A stretch of DNA of 64,000 nt, from positions 6,642 to 70,641 of the forward strand of contig SCSN01000005.1 in assembly GCA_004322205.1 (NCBI GenBank), written 5' to 3'. Below, piece by piece: positions 21,167-30,657 of this stretch (positions are counted from its first letter, which is position 1; each line of letters opens with the position of its first letter). The notes under the pieces were generated by a model. It did no database searches and was not told where the DNA came from. It saw only the letters and a program-made list of their open reading frames with translations. Made by a program: the position numbers and the translations under genes. Source of the DNA: Patescibacteria group bacterium. Its GTDB lineage: Bacteria > Patescibacteriota > Minisyncoccia > Phycocordibacterales > Zambryskibacteraceae.

Positions 21167-22327
21167 TTACTGTACACTCTGCAATGCCGCCCTGGTGTAG
21201 AGATTCCCAGCATCCCAGAGCATCCAGGAAGTCAGGCCCGCATCGTAAGTTGCCTGAATCTGGGCGCGGACCATCTCCGGCGTATAAGGCACAGGATAGT
21301 CGTTGTCCTGCAGCCATGGCCTAATCTGAATGCTGGTGCTAGCCACCGTATCGTTATAAGTTTTGAGGCGCATCAGGGCACTGTCGAGAGAGATTTTAAC
21401 AATCTGATACGGAACTGCGTTGACGTCGGCAAAACCCTTAAAACCGCTCGGGTAATGAGAGGGATAAACCATGGGGGAAAGATAATCAAAATACGGAAAG
21501 GCACTCTCCAGCACTTGCCCAATATTGAGATCGTCGGGATTTGTCGTTGTCATGCCAAAAAGATCGACGGAGAGAAGAATGGTAAGTGGCTTCAGCTGCC
21601 CGCTGATATAGACAAAAAAACTCTTGATGACATCGTTTTTAACCTGACCGTTGCTGTAGGGATAAGTGATATCAACCATGTTGCCGTCGGAAGGAAAGCG
21701 AATGTAGTCAAACTGAATTTCGTCAAAACCGGCGTTGTATGACTCTTTGGCAAGCGCCGCCAGATATTCCCACTGTTTTTTGGCGCCGGGATCAATCCAG
21801 GAAAGACCTTTGCGGTCACGCCAAATGCCGCCGTCGCTTAAGCGCTTGACGGCAAATTCCGGATGGAGTTTCACCATGTGGGGGTCCTGAAAGGCAGCGA
21901 TGCGCCCGATGACATAGACTCCCTTATCGTGGAGCGAGCCGATAAACTCGCGAAGGTCTTTGATTCGCCCGTCAGACGAACCGACCTTCCGAAGCTCCGG
22001 GTCTTCGACTTCAAAAGAGATCCTGCCGGTGTCGTCTTTAATATCAATGACAACTGTGTTTAGCTCTGTTTCGTCAAGAAGCAAAACGATATGATTGCGC
22101 AGCGACGGCGTGCCCGCTACCCAGCTTGTCATATACACACCTCTCACCGACTCGGGAGTGGCAAGATGGGTAACCACAAACTTCATTTCTTTCCCTCCTG
22201 CCGAGGCGTCTTGGGGGAGACTGTTGTCATACGAAACACTAAAGACCCTGGGCATGTAGAGCACCGCAAATAAAACAGCTAGCCCTACGGCCGCCCAACA
22301 CCACAGATGAAGATTTTTTCTTATCAT
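21167..22327 (-). CDS. Putative glycoside-hydrolase-like TIM-barrel protein (GHL / DUF4015-like) with an N-terminal signal-anchor
   Basis: 386 aa. N-terminal TM helix, then VRGVYMTSWVAGTP...ELNTVVIDIKDDTGRISF, typical of the GHL10/DUF4015 family. Confidence 0.45.
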   Translation of the reverse strand: MIRKNLHLWCWAAVGLAVLFAVLYMPRVFSVSYDNSLPQDASAGGKEMKFVVTHLATPESVRGVYMTSWVAGTPSLRNHIVLLLDETELNTVVIDIKDDTGRISFEVEDPELRKVGSSDGRIKDLREFIGSLHDKGVYVIGRIAAFQDPHMVKLHPEFAVKRLSDGGIWRDRKGLSWIDPGAKKQWEYLAALAKESYNAGFDEIQFDYIRFPSDGNMVDITYPYSNGQVKNDVIKSFFVYISGQLKPLTILLSVDLFGMTTTNPDDLNIGQVLESAFPYFDYLSPMVYPSHYPSGFKGFADVNAVPYQIVKISLDSALMRLKTYNDTVASTSIQIRPWLQDNDYPVPYTPEMVRAQIQATYDAGLTSWMLWDAGNLYTRAALQSVQ

Positions 22328-22611
22328 TGGGCCTCTCTAACATTTGCTCCATCAGCAGTCTCTGTTATTGACGGAGGAGCGGCGGATTGAGAGCCGTCAT
22401 GTTCAACAAAAGAAGTTTCCTCTCGAGAGGAAGCGCCAAGTCTTCTCCTTCGAGTCGAGAGGCGGCGTCGAACAGAAGTATGAATCGAGATTGCGATGAG
22501 TCCCGCCCCAGAGAGAAATACGAAAAACCACTTCCACGAAGACGGGAAGCCGGTAAAAGGCAGGAACATAAGCACTACGCCGATGCCGAAGACCAGACGG
22601 TGTTTAGCCAT
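22324..22611 (-). CDS. Small membrane protein (2 TM helices)
   Basis: 95-aa ORF whose stop overlaps the downstream gene start (ATGA). Hydrophobic N-terminal half. Confidence 0.4.
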   Translation of the reverse strand: MAKHRLVFGIGVVLMFLPFTGFPSSWKWFFVFLSGAGLIAISIHTSVRRRLSTRRRRLGASSREETSFVEHDGSQSAAPPSITETADGANVREAQ

Positions 22612-22651
22612 AGAAAATCATTATACGCGAGAGATACCCATGGGCAAAGAC

Positions 22652-23308
22652 CTAGAGAGCTGTGTCCAGAAAGGAATATTTCTGTGGAACAGAGAGGCTA
22701 TGTGAATTCATCCCGTCCCAGGCAATTTCACCGTTTACCACCAGACTTGTAGTTTTTGGCTGCCACTGCCGCTCGACGGCATTGATTCGCCTTGCAAGAC
22801 TCTCAAGGGTATCGTCTGGCTCAATAGGAACAGGGTAGCGGAAAAAGACAGGACCCTCATCATAGACGGGAGTAACAAAATGCATTGTAACTTCCGTGTG
22901 GGCCAGCTCTCCTTTTCGAAATGCTTCCAGCACCGCTTCATGAACATGAATCCCATACATCCCCTTGCCGCCAAAGCGCGGCAAGGGTCCCGGATGAATG
23001 TTAAATGTTTTCGATGGATCCAAACCAAGAACCAGCTTCAGCCACCCCGAAAGCGAAACCCATTGTGCACCGCTGGCACGAATAATTTTCTGATATTCGC
23101 CCGCCTCAAACGGTCCGGGGAAATAAACAAATGGAATGCCGAGCCGCTCTGCTCGCTCTCTCACGCCCCCATGCTCATGATTCGAGACAACTGCCACGAT
23201 TTCAAAATTCAAATCAGAATTATTCCGCGACTGAATTACTAAATTCTCAAAACCCGAACCACCTCCTGTTTTCGATCCAGAAGCAAAAACAATAATTTTC
23301 GGTTTCAT
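22652..23308 (-). CDS. purN: Phosphoribosylglycinamide formyltransferase (PurN-like formyl transferase)
   Basis: 218 aa. MKPKIIVFASG N-terminus and NIHPGPLPRFGG, matching the PurN NIHPSLLPxFxG motif. Confidence 0.7.
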   Translation of the reverse strand: MKPKIIVFASGSKTGGGSGFENLVIQSRNNSDLNFEIVAVVSNHEHGGVRERAERLGIPFVYFPGPFEAGEYQKIIRASGAQWVSLSGWLKLVLGLDPSKTFNIHPGPLPRFGGKGMYGIHVHEAVLEAFRKGELAHTEVTMHFVTPVYDEGPVFFRYPVPIEPDDTLESLARRINAVERQWQPKTTSLVVNGEIAWDGMNSHSLSVPQKYSFLDTAL

Positions 23309-23318
23309 GATAGAAAAG

Positions 23319-23390
23319 TGCGCGCGGAAAGGATCGAACTTTCGGCCTTCCCCTTATCAGAGGGATGCTCTACCACTGAGCTACGCGCGC
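23319..23390 (-). tRNA. tRNA-Ile (anticodon GAU)
   Basis: Minus-strand sequence GCGCGCGTAGCTCAGTGGTAGAGCATCCCTCTGATAAGGGGAAGGCCGAAAGTTCGATCCTTTCCGCGCGCA folds as a cloverleaf: 7-bp acceptor stem, D-arm GCTC/GAGC, anticodon loop CUGAUAA (U33, GAU, A37), T-loop TTCGATC. CCA is not encoded. Confidence 0.8.
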
Positions 23391-23483
23391 AAACGATCAA
23401 GCAAAACCAAGATAACAAAAACTCACACAAAATGAAAGAGCCCGATTCCCCCGCTATGGGAATCGGGCCCGCTTCGCTCGCCC

Positions 23484-23615
23484 TCAGAAGAACCAGGTGA
23501 CGTCAAGAGCGATGAGAGTGAAGAGTGCGATGACGATGAGCCATGGCAACCACTTGGGCCACCTTCGCTCATCTTGCTGCGAAAGCGGCGTTCCGTCTGC
23601 CTGCCAATGTAGCAT
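23484..23615 (-). CDS. Possible small single-TM protein (43 aa)
   Basis: MLHWQADGTPLSQQDERRWPKWLPWLIVIALFTLIALDVTWFF, found by eye. Below the 60-aa cutoff of the ORF track. Weak support. Confidence 0.2.
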   Translation of the reverse strand: MLHWQADGTPLSQQDERRWPKWLPWLIVIALFTLIALDVTWFF

Positions 23616-24094
23616 GCGAAGCTCCTGTTTAGGTCCGCCTGTAATTATATCACATCTCAGTATAAAAAGTCAAACACTAAAATACGCCTAAAAATGAAGC
23701 TCTTTTGACAGGTAAAAATAACAAGCGACATTTTCACTTCTCCCCCATAGACTGCCAAAAGAGCGAAATCCCGCCCCTCACATGCACGCATGTGAGGGGC
23801 ATGGATAAGGATAAAACGAAAAGGGACAGCCGAAGCTGTCCCTACCACCGGTTCACAAAATTCGTCACCCACGGGACGAGAATCCTTCTTACCACCTCTG
23901 TCCCGAGAGTGATGCTGGTGATAACCACCGCGATCACCACAAACACCCCCGGCAAGAGATCAAACCCACTGATCTCACCGTCATCGTCATTGCCCAGACG
24001 AACCAGATCTTGACTCATGGTTCCCCCCCGGTGAAAAGTGAAAGTGCAAATCTTCTATCTTTATATCACGATTTATTTTTTAGTCAAGAAAATT

Positions 24095-24135
24095 AAACCC
24101 CGTCCCGCAAAATGCGGGACGGGGTTTACTATCCT
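24095..24135 (-). terminator. Rho-independent terminator-like hairpin downstream of the 16S rRNA
   Basis: Minus strand reads AAACCCCGTCCCGCA-TTTT-GCGGGACGGGGTTT followed by AATTTTCTTG: a perfect 12-bp GC-rich stem plus a U-rich tail. Confidence 0.5.
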
Positions 24136-24442
24136 CTTTTTTGTTCCGTTCTGCCAATTCGATTTATCGAATTGAGCATCCGCCATAGCTTAAGCGAACT
24201 TAAGCGAAGGCGGACTTTCGTTACCGATTTTATGATTCGGCAATCACTCCGATCTTACATGGACCGGGGATCGACACTGTAAGCCCCGCCTGCGCGGAGC
24301 GTTTTTCACTTGAATTACTCCACGAGCAGCTTCCGCTACCCGTGCCTTGTTACGACTTGGTCCTTGTCATTGAGCTTACCTTAGCCCCCGCGGACGCGGG
24401 GGTTTCGGGTACTCCCAACTCCCCTGACCTGACGGGCGGTAT

Positions 24443-25434
24443 TGAGATCGAATACTCGTTTCCGAGTGGGTCGTCTCACACCACTGGGCGAGCGGTTTTC
24501 CCGCACCCTAGCGGTTTCCATAGGTTTTTGCTTTCTTTCCATTAGCACGAATGTGGTCTCGTAATCGAACGATTCTTTCAAATCCCTTATCGCTCAAATG
24601 TTCTTTATTGCAGACCATTAGAACAACGGATTTGAATAACTTGTACGACTTCGCTTTCTTCGCCTGTAACGGATAGCGATCAAGGAATGGGAAGAGATAC
24701 TCCTTCATGTCCCAAATGCTTGTAATTTTGTACTTAGCATGAGGGAACCATCCATATCTCTCATATGAGAGATCGTATATCCTTCCCGCTCCAATGGTTA
24801 TTAGGATTCTCTCAAGGATTTCTTGATCATCCTTCCGAACTTCTATTTCAAACTCTGGACGGACTTCAAAACCTCTTTTTAAGGTTTTGTGTTTCCCAAT
24901 ACTTATCGAGAACGAGCCTTCGCCGTCGATGAATCCGACAACATGGTGCGGATTTAGCTTTTCCCTACGAATTTGTTCCTTTCCATACGGCTTCTGCAAC
25001 TTCAGGTTGCGTCTTCGATCTTTTGGAGACCAAAGACGCTGCCGTCTGGTACTACGAACTCTGCTGACTTCTTGCATAACGTTTACAGCAATCGCTTGCC
25101 GCATACTCTCGATGTTAGTTTACATTGAGATTATACAAGATCTCCCATGGTAACCCTGTGGACAATTTCTTCTCATCTCGATGCCACGATACGCTTATCG
25201 AATTTTTCACAGAAGGTTTCTCCATGTACTCGCAGGATAACCTCCGATAAGCGCCATTACTGGCATCCAAGCTAAGAAATGCTACTTTACCCCTTCAATC
25301 TAAATCCTCGCGGAAATAAATCTGGTATTTCGCTTCAAAACACTGTGAATTGTTTTGGTTGGACTTCCTCGCCCTCCGTAGCTTTAACGAAGGACGGGTC
25401 ACCAACTTGCACACAAGATCGCATGGCGACCCGA
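24443..25434 (-). mobile_element. About 1.0-kb group-I-type intron in 16S between CTTGTAC and A(C/T)ACCGCCCGTCA (about E. coli position 1391), carrying a LAGLIDADG ORF
   Basis: Conserved 16S blocks are interrupted. The 198-aa LAGLIDADG ORF lies in the 3' part and a ~330-nt non-coding core lies 5' of it. Confidence 0.65.
24508..25104 (-). CDS. LAGLIDADG-family homing endonuclease (single-motif) encoded within the 16S rRNA intron
   Basis: Contains HHVVGFIDGEGSFSISI (LAGLIDADG variant GFIDGEGSF) and the typical downstream KILPFLDRYPL...K architecture. Confidence 0.8.
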   Translation of the reverse strand: MRQAIAVNVMQEVSRVRSTRRQRLWSPKDRRRNLKLQKPYGKEQIRREKLNPHHVVGFIDGEGSFSISIGKHKTLKRGFEVRPEFEIEVRKDDQEILERILITIGAGRIYDLSYERYGWFPHAKYKITSIWDMKEYLFPFLDRYPLQAKKAKSYKLFKSVVLMVCNKEHLSDKGFERIVRLRDHIRANGKKAKTYGNR

Positions 25435-25897
25435 GTACAAGACTTGAGAACGTATTCACCGCGGTATAGCTGACCCGCGATTACTAGCAATTCCGGCTTC
25501 ATGAGGTCGAGTTGCAGCCCTCAATCCGAACTGGCGCCGCTTTTCTTAGGATTGGCTCAGGGTTACCCCGTCGCGACCCGTTGTAGCGGCGATTGTATTA
25601 TGTGTGTGGCCCAGGGCATCAGAGGGCCATGCGGACTTGGCGTCATCCTCACCTTCCTCCCCCGTGAAGGGGCAGTCTCGCCTGACAAATATAACAGGCA
25701 ACGAGGGTTGCGTTCGTTACCCCACTGAAGGGAACAACTCAGATCACGAACTGACGACAGCCATGCAGCACCTGCCCCGCCGTCCTTGCGGACTGCCCGC
25801 TTTCGCGGACATTCGTCGGGGTTTCAAGCCCTGGTAAGGTTTTTCGTTTACCATCGAATTGAACCACATAATCCACTGCTTGTGCAAGTCCCCGTCT

Positions 25898-25929
<32 letters not shown>

Positions 25930-26030
25930 ACCCAGGCGGATCGCTTAACGCGTTAGCTTCGCCTCTCAGAGGGTCGATACTCCGAAAAGCCAGCGATCAT
26001 CGTTTAGGGCGTAGACTACTGGGGTATCTA

Positions 26031-26826
26031 CAATATGTTACTGCCTGACAAACAGCTTTTAGGTTTTAGCTATAAGCCGTTAGTAAATGCAGATGCGGAT
26101 ATTTCTACCGCATTCTCATAGTCGCCTATGAGTTCGGACTATATCTTCTCCCCACCAGTTTTACTTCCGTAAAACTAGTGGGGGGCTTGGCGTTTAGTCT
26201 CTGAGGGGAACACAAGGTTTACTTTCTTCAAACAGTACAATTTCATCGCCTCTGCTCAGGATCTTGACGAGTTTCACTGGAACATCTCTTACATGAGGGC
26301 TTCGAGATAGGCGGCAATCTGCCTTCTCTTTAGCCTCCCAATCCGAAGACGCTTCAAAGTCCTCGAACTGCATCGTTATCTGAGTCTCAGGGCCTAACCC
26401 GCATTGTAACGGTCGGCGAAGAGTCGCAATCCTTCGATGCTCGAAGTGGTATTTCATACTACCTCCTTTATGTTCTTCCCTGCTGATTGTCCGCACCGGA
26501 TGGATTTTCACTTTCTGCCAATTTGATCAGAGAGTACCACCGGATACTATTCGGATTTTCCAGCATATAGCTCACGCCGTCGCCTCGCGGCCATGGCGGA
26601 TTCGCGTTCCGATAAATCGGAACGGAACAAGTTTATATTCCGACATTGCTGCCGGACGGAACTAACACTCAACGTACCCCTACGCTTCGTCTGATTTTGA
26701 TTTGCATCTCCACCAGAACGAGCATACTTTTTTGAAAAGACTTCGCGCAGGCCGATGAGGCCGAGCGAGAAGAAAAATTTCACCAGAAATTTATTCTGGT
26801 CTTTTCAAAAAATGTATGCGAGTGAT
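26031..26826 (-). other. About 0.8-kb intron-like insertion in 16S between GGATTAGA and TACCC (about E. coli position 788-789), with no recognisable homing-endonuclease ORF
   Basis: Exon sequence is broken exactly inside the conserved AGGATTAGATACCCTGGTAGTCC block. The ORFs inside (105 aa, 78 aa) have no LAGLIDADG, GIY-YIG or HNH motif. Confidence 0.6.
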
Positions 26827-27504
26827 TCTAATCCCATTCGCTACCTACGCTTTCGTGTTTCAGCGTTAGGAATGCGCCAGTGCACTGCCTTCGCTTTCGG
26901 TGTTCCCCATGATATCAACGGATTTCACCCCTACACCATGAGTTCCGTGCACCCCTCACACCCTCGAGCTGTGCCGTTTCTCCCGCGCGCCCCCGGTTAG
27001 GCCGGGGGATTTTACAGGAGACTAACACAACCGCCTACACACGCTTTACGCCCAGTGATTCCGGATAACGCTTGGGGCACTCGTATTACCGCTGCTGCTG
27101 GCACGAGTTTAGCAACCCCTTATTCGCCGGGTACTGTCAATAAACTTCATCCCCGGCAAAAGGTGTTTACGTCCCAGAGGGACTTCATCCACCACGCGGC
27201 GTCGCTCGATCAGGCTTTCGCCCATTGTCGAATATTCTCGGCTGCAGCCACCCGTAGGTGTATGGACCGTGTCTCAGTTCCATCGGTGGGGAACAGGCTC
27301 TCACCCCCCCTAGCCGTCATTGCCTTGGTAGGCCATTGCCCTACCAACAAGCTGATAGCCCGCAGGCCGCTCCCAAAGCGTCCGAAGACTTTGGTGTTGC
27401 CACCGCATCGGGAATTACCCCGCCTTTCGGCGAGCTATGCCCGACTTTGGGGTGCGTTCCTACGTGTTACTACCTCGTCTGCCGGTGATGCACCTCGCAA
27501 AACC

Positions 27505-27600
27505 TCGGTGCGAGTCTTAAAGTCGAAAGTCTGTAAAGTCCATAAAGTAAGAATTTTACTTTATGGACTTTATGACTTTATAAACTTTTGACTTGCATCG
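27505..27600. repeat. Palindromic AAAGTC/GACTTTATG-repeat hairpin insertion in the 16S 5' domain (V1 region); member of a 3-copy family shared with the 23S
   Basis: AAAGTCGAAAGTCTGTAAAGTCCATAAAGTAA-gaatt-TTACTTTATGGACTTTATGACTTTATAAACTTTTGACTT. The arms are mutually complementary and built from 8-9-nt units. Confidence 0.6.
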
Positions 27601-28108
27601 AACCTTCGTGAGATGCACCCCCTTGACTTGCATGCCTTATCCACGCCGCCAGCGTTCATCCTGAGCTAGGATCAAACTCTCAATAAAAGTCCAGAATTTT
27701 CGAGTCTCGCAAACGCGAGGCGAAGAAAATTATGATGACTTTTTTGACCCCGCCCTCTGACAGAGGGCGGGGTTCTCAAAACAGCATGCCAAAATTTTTT
27801 GCCGAAGCTCAAATTTTGGGCTGTTTTGGAACGGAACAAAAGAGAGAATAGTATCTTGTATCTTTTGAGTCGCAATTCAGGGTCTGTCCTCGCTCATCAC
27901 TTTATTTTTGGGGACTTGCCCCGTGAGATGGCGCCCCGCGTATGCGGGGCTATCTCATTGGGTTTCAAGTCACTTGCCTCACCCGTCGTGAAGCAAGATT
28001 TTTTCTTGCACTGAATTGTCAAAGAACTTGTCACCTCGCCTAGAGGGGACGCGGGATAATTATATGCGAGAAAAACATTGAGTCAAGTAGTCCAATACCC
28101 TAAAACCC

Positions 28109-29020
28109 CTATCTCTTTTTCTGAATTCGTTCAAACAAAACCAGTAACGGAGAGGCAAGAAAAATTGAGGAATAGGTGCCAGCAACAATACCGACGAGGA
28201 GTGTGAAAGCGAAAGCGCTGGTTGATTCGCTGCCGATAAAATAGAGTGCCACAAGAACAAGAAAGATAGTCAAAGAGGTGTTTATCGAACGAGTGAAAGT
28301 TTGTGCTACGCTCCGCCCGACCGTATCGGAGAATTCCTCATGGCGGCGCTCTTCTTCACTGACTCGCAGGTTCTCGCGGACACGGTCAAAAACAACGATA
28401 GTGTCATGCACCGAGTATCCGAGGATAGCTAGAAGAGCGGTGACAAACAGCAAATCTATTTCTGCTCCCGTCGCTTTGGCATAGATTGCATAAGCCCCGG
28501 CTGGCACCGCCACGTCGTGCGCCAGAGCAATAATCGTTGCCAGTCCATACTTCCACGACGGCACCGGGCGAGAGATTTTGCGAAAAGCAAAGGTGATAAA
28601 GAGAACAATGCCGACTATAACCACGGTGATTGCAATGATAGATTTTCTCTTGAGATTCTCTCCCACCACCGGGCCGACGGAACTGAAGCGTTCCTCGAAA
28701 AGTTTTTTTGCTCCTTCAAGCGAGAGCGCCTCAATGGCTTTTGTCTTTTCCTCTGGAGTCAGTTCTCTAGCGCGCAAGACGAAATTGTTCCCTCCCGAAG
28801 GACGCAGAGAAAAGTTTCCGATTGGAAGAGTACTAAAACGCAGACGAGCTTCAGAGAGCGAGGGACGGACATTCTCATAGCGGACCTCTAAGATAGAGCC
28901 GCCGACAAAATCCGTGCCGAAGGCCGGACGAACAAAAACCCAAGCGGTCAGAGAGCCAAGAACAAAAACAAGCGAGAGAGCGAAGAATATTTTTTTGTTT
29001 CTGACGATGAACATAATCAA
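28109..29020 (-). CDS. secF: Protein translocase subunit SecF
   Basis: 303 aa. Signal-anchor followed by FGTDFVGGSILEVRY and a 6-TM SecDF C-terminal domain. Confidence 0.85.
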   Translation of the reverse strand: MIMFIVRNKKIFFALSLVFVLGSLTAWVFVRPAFGTDFVGGSILEVRYENVRPSLSEARLRFSTLPIGNFSLRPSGGNNFVLRARELTPEEKTKAIEALSLEGAKKLFEERFSSVGPVVGENLKRKSIIAITVVIVGIVLFITFAFRKISRPVPSWKYGLATIIALAHDVAVPAGAYAIYAKATGAEIDLLFVTALLAILGYSVHDTIVVFDRVRENLRVSEEERRHEEFSDTVGRSVAQTFTRSINTSLTIFLVLVALYFIGSESTSAFAFTLLVGIVAGTYSSIFLASPLLVLFERIQKKR

Positions 29021-30351
29021 CGCAACCCACTGCCAAACAAAAACCTAATAAGACTACTCTCGCTTTTGAAACTCAAAGCGAAAAGGAATGTTCGCGAGGC
29101 GGTGATGGCTGTAAACATTGAAACCAGAACTCCGATACCAAGCGTCAGAGCAAATCCTTTGACCGCCGAGGTGCCGAGCCAGAAGAGAACAACAGCAGTA
29201 ATGATACTTGAGATATTGGAGTCTCGAATAGAGAGCCAGGCTCGGTGGAACCCCTCGCGCATAGCATCGGCAAGCTTCTTGCCGCCGCGGAGTTCTTCTT
29301 TTGTCCGCTCGAAGATGAGAATGTTGGCGTCAACCGCCATGCCGATGGAGAGAATAAATCCGGCGACACCGGCGGCGGTCAGAGTCACCGGAATCAGCCG
29401 AAAGAGCGAAAGAGAAATGAGAACGTAGAGTGTCAGAGCTACAACTGAAACAATGCCCGGCAAGCGGTACCAGAGAATAAGAAAAGCGGCGACCAGAAGA
29501 AAACCAATGACACCAGCGCTCAATCCGGCGCGAAGAGCCGCTTCACCGAGAGTCGCCCCAATACTTTGAGTGCTCGAGAGTTCAATTGGCACCGGAAGAG
29601 CACCGAAGTTAAGCTGGCGGACAATTTCCCTGCCCGTTTTGGCATCGTAACCGGTAATCACTGCCGACCCATCGCGAATTTCCTCTTTGATGACCGGCGT
29701 CTGAAGCAGAACATGGTCGAGGAAAATACCGAGAACTTTGCCAACGTTGTCTCGCGTCACCCGAGCCAGAATCTCTTTGCCTTCCGAGTTAAACTCCAGA
29801 GCAACCAGAGGTTTGCCCGTGTTCTGATCAAATTGGAGCGAGGAGCGCCGTAGCAGGCGGCCGGTAATGCCGCTCGGAGCAAAAAGTGTCTCGAGAGAAG
29901 TAGTTGCAATTTCCTCATTCTCTAGCCGCTCGAAGGTTTCTGGCTTTTCCAAGCGAAACTCAAGAAGTGGGGTTTCGCCAAGCGCCCTCTTTGCTTCTTC
30001 AACATCCTTGTAGCCGGGAAGTTCGACAATCAAACGATGGTCAGGGTTACCGGAGAGAAGCCCTGCTTTTTCGACTTGGACAATTGGCTCGGAGACGCCG
30101 AAAATATTAACCCTTCGTTCAATGACATCTCGTAGTGTATCCATCGAAGAACCGATATCCTGCGAGGCAATTTCGGAGACCTCCGCCCGATAGACAAGCT
30201 CGGTGCCGCCGACCAAATCAAGCCCGAAGCGGAAAGGGAGTTTCTCTTTGGCGTAGAAGATAAAATAGCCAAGCAGGGCGAGAGAGAGGATAAGAACAGC
30301 ACTTCCGATTCGGTATTTGAGCATGGTGATAGTATAGATTATTACATTCAA
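29017..30351 (-). CDS. secD: Protein translocase subunit SecD
   Basis: 444 aa. GLDLVGGTELVYRAEV periplasmic domain start and a C-terminal 6-TM bundle. 4-nt overlap with secF. Confidence 0.85.
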   Translation of the reverse strand: MNVIIYTITMLKYRIGSAVLILSLALLGYFIFYAKEKLPFRFGLDLVGGTELVYRAEVSEIASQDIGSSMDTLRDVIERRVNIFGVSEPIVQVEKAGLLSGNPDHRLIVELPGYKDVEEAKRALGETPLLEFRLEKPETFERLENEEIATTSLETLFAPSGITGRLLRRSSLQFDQNTGKPLVALEFNSEGKEILARVTRDNVGKVLGIFLDHVLLQTPVIKEEIRDGSAVITGYDAKTGREIVRQLNFGALPVPIELSSTQSIGATLGEAALRAGLSAGVIGFLLVAAFLILWYRLPGIVSVVALTLYVLISLSLFRLIPVTLTAAGVAGFILSIGMAVDANILIFERTKEELRGGKKLADAMREGFHRAWLSIRDSNISSIITAVVLFWLGTSAVKGFALTLGIGVLVSMFTAITASRTFLFALSFKSESSLIRFLFGSGLR

Positions 30352-30499
30352 AAATCAACAAAGGTTGGGTGAAATTTTTTATATAACTGACTTAACATAA
30401 AAATCCTTTTTATTCTGTTTTATTCTGTTTCTAGTTTTCTAATTTTTCTAATTTAAATTTAAAATTTAACTTAATTTAATTCCTCACATCATGCTATCG

Positions 30500-30628
30500 T
30501 GCTATTTTTAAGCTATAGCTTAAAAATAGCATATTATGTATTTTGAAACATTCCCTATTCGACATCTCAAAAAATATATCGAGGTTAAACCTTGATATTA
30601 GTAATTTTCTAATTCGCGCGAATTAGAA
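30500..30628. promoter_or_regulatory. AT-rich intergenic region with two perfect palindromes (32 nt and 26 nt) upstream of secD and downstream of the sugar transferase
   Basis: TGCTATTTTTAAGCTATAGCTTAAAAATAGCA at 30500-30531 and TTTTCTAATTCGCGCGAATTAGAAAA at 30603-30628. Candidate operator or bidirectional terminator sites. Confidence 0.35.
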
Positions 30629-30657
30629 AATAGCAAGCTAATCAGCTAGGGTTGAAC

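Noticed and set aside
23318-23500. 60-aa plus-strand ORF MRAERIELSAFPLSEGCSTTELRAQ...
   Set aside because: It is the reverse complement of the tRNA-Ile gene read as protein.
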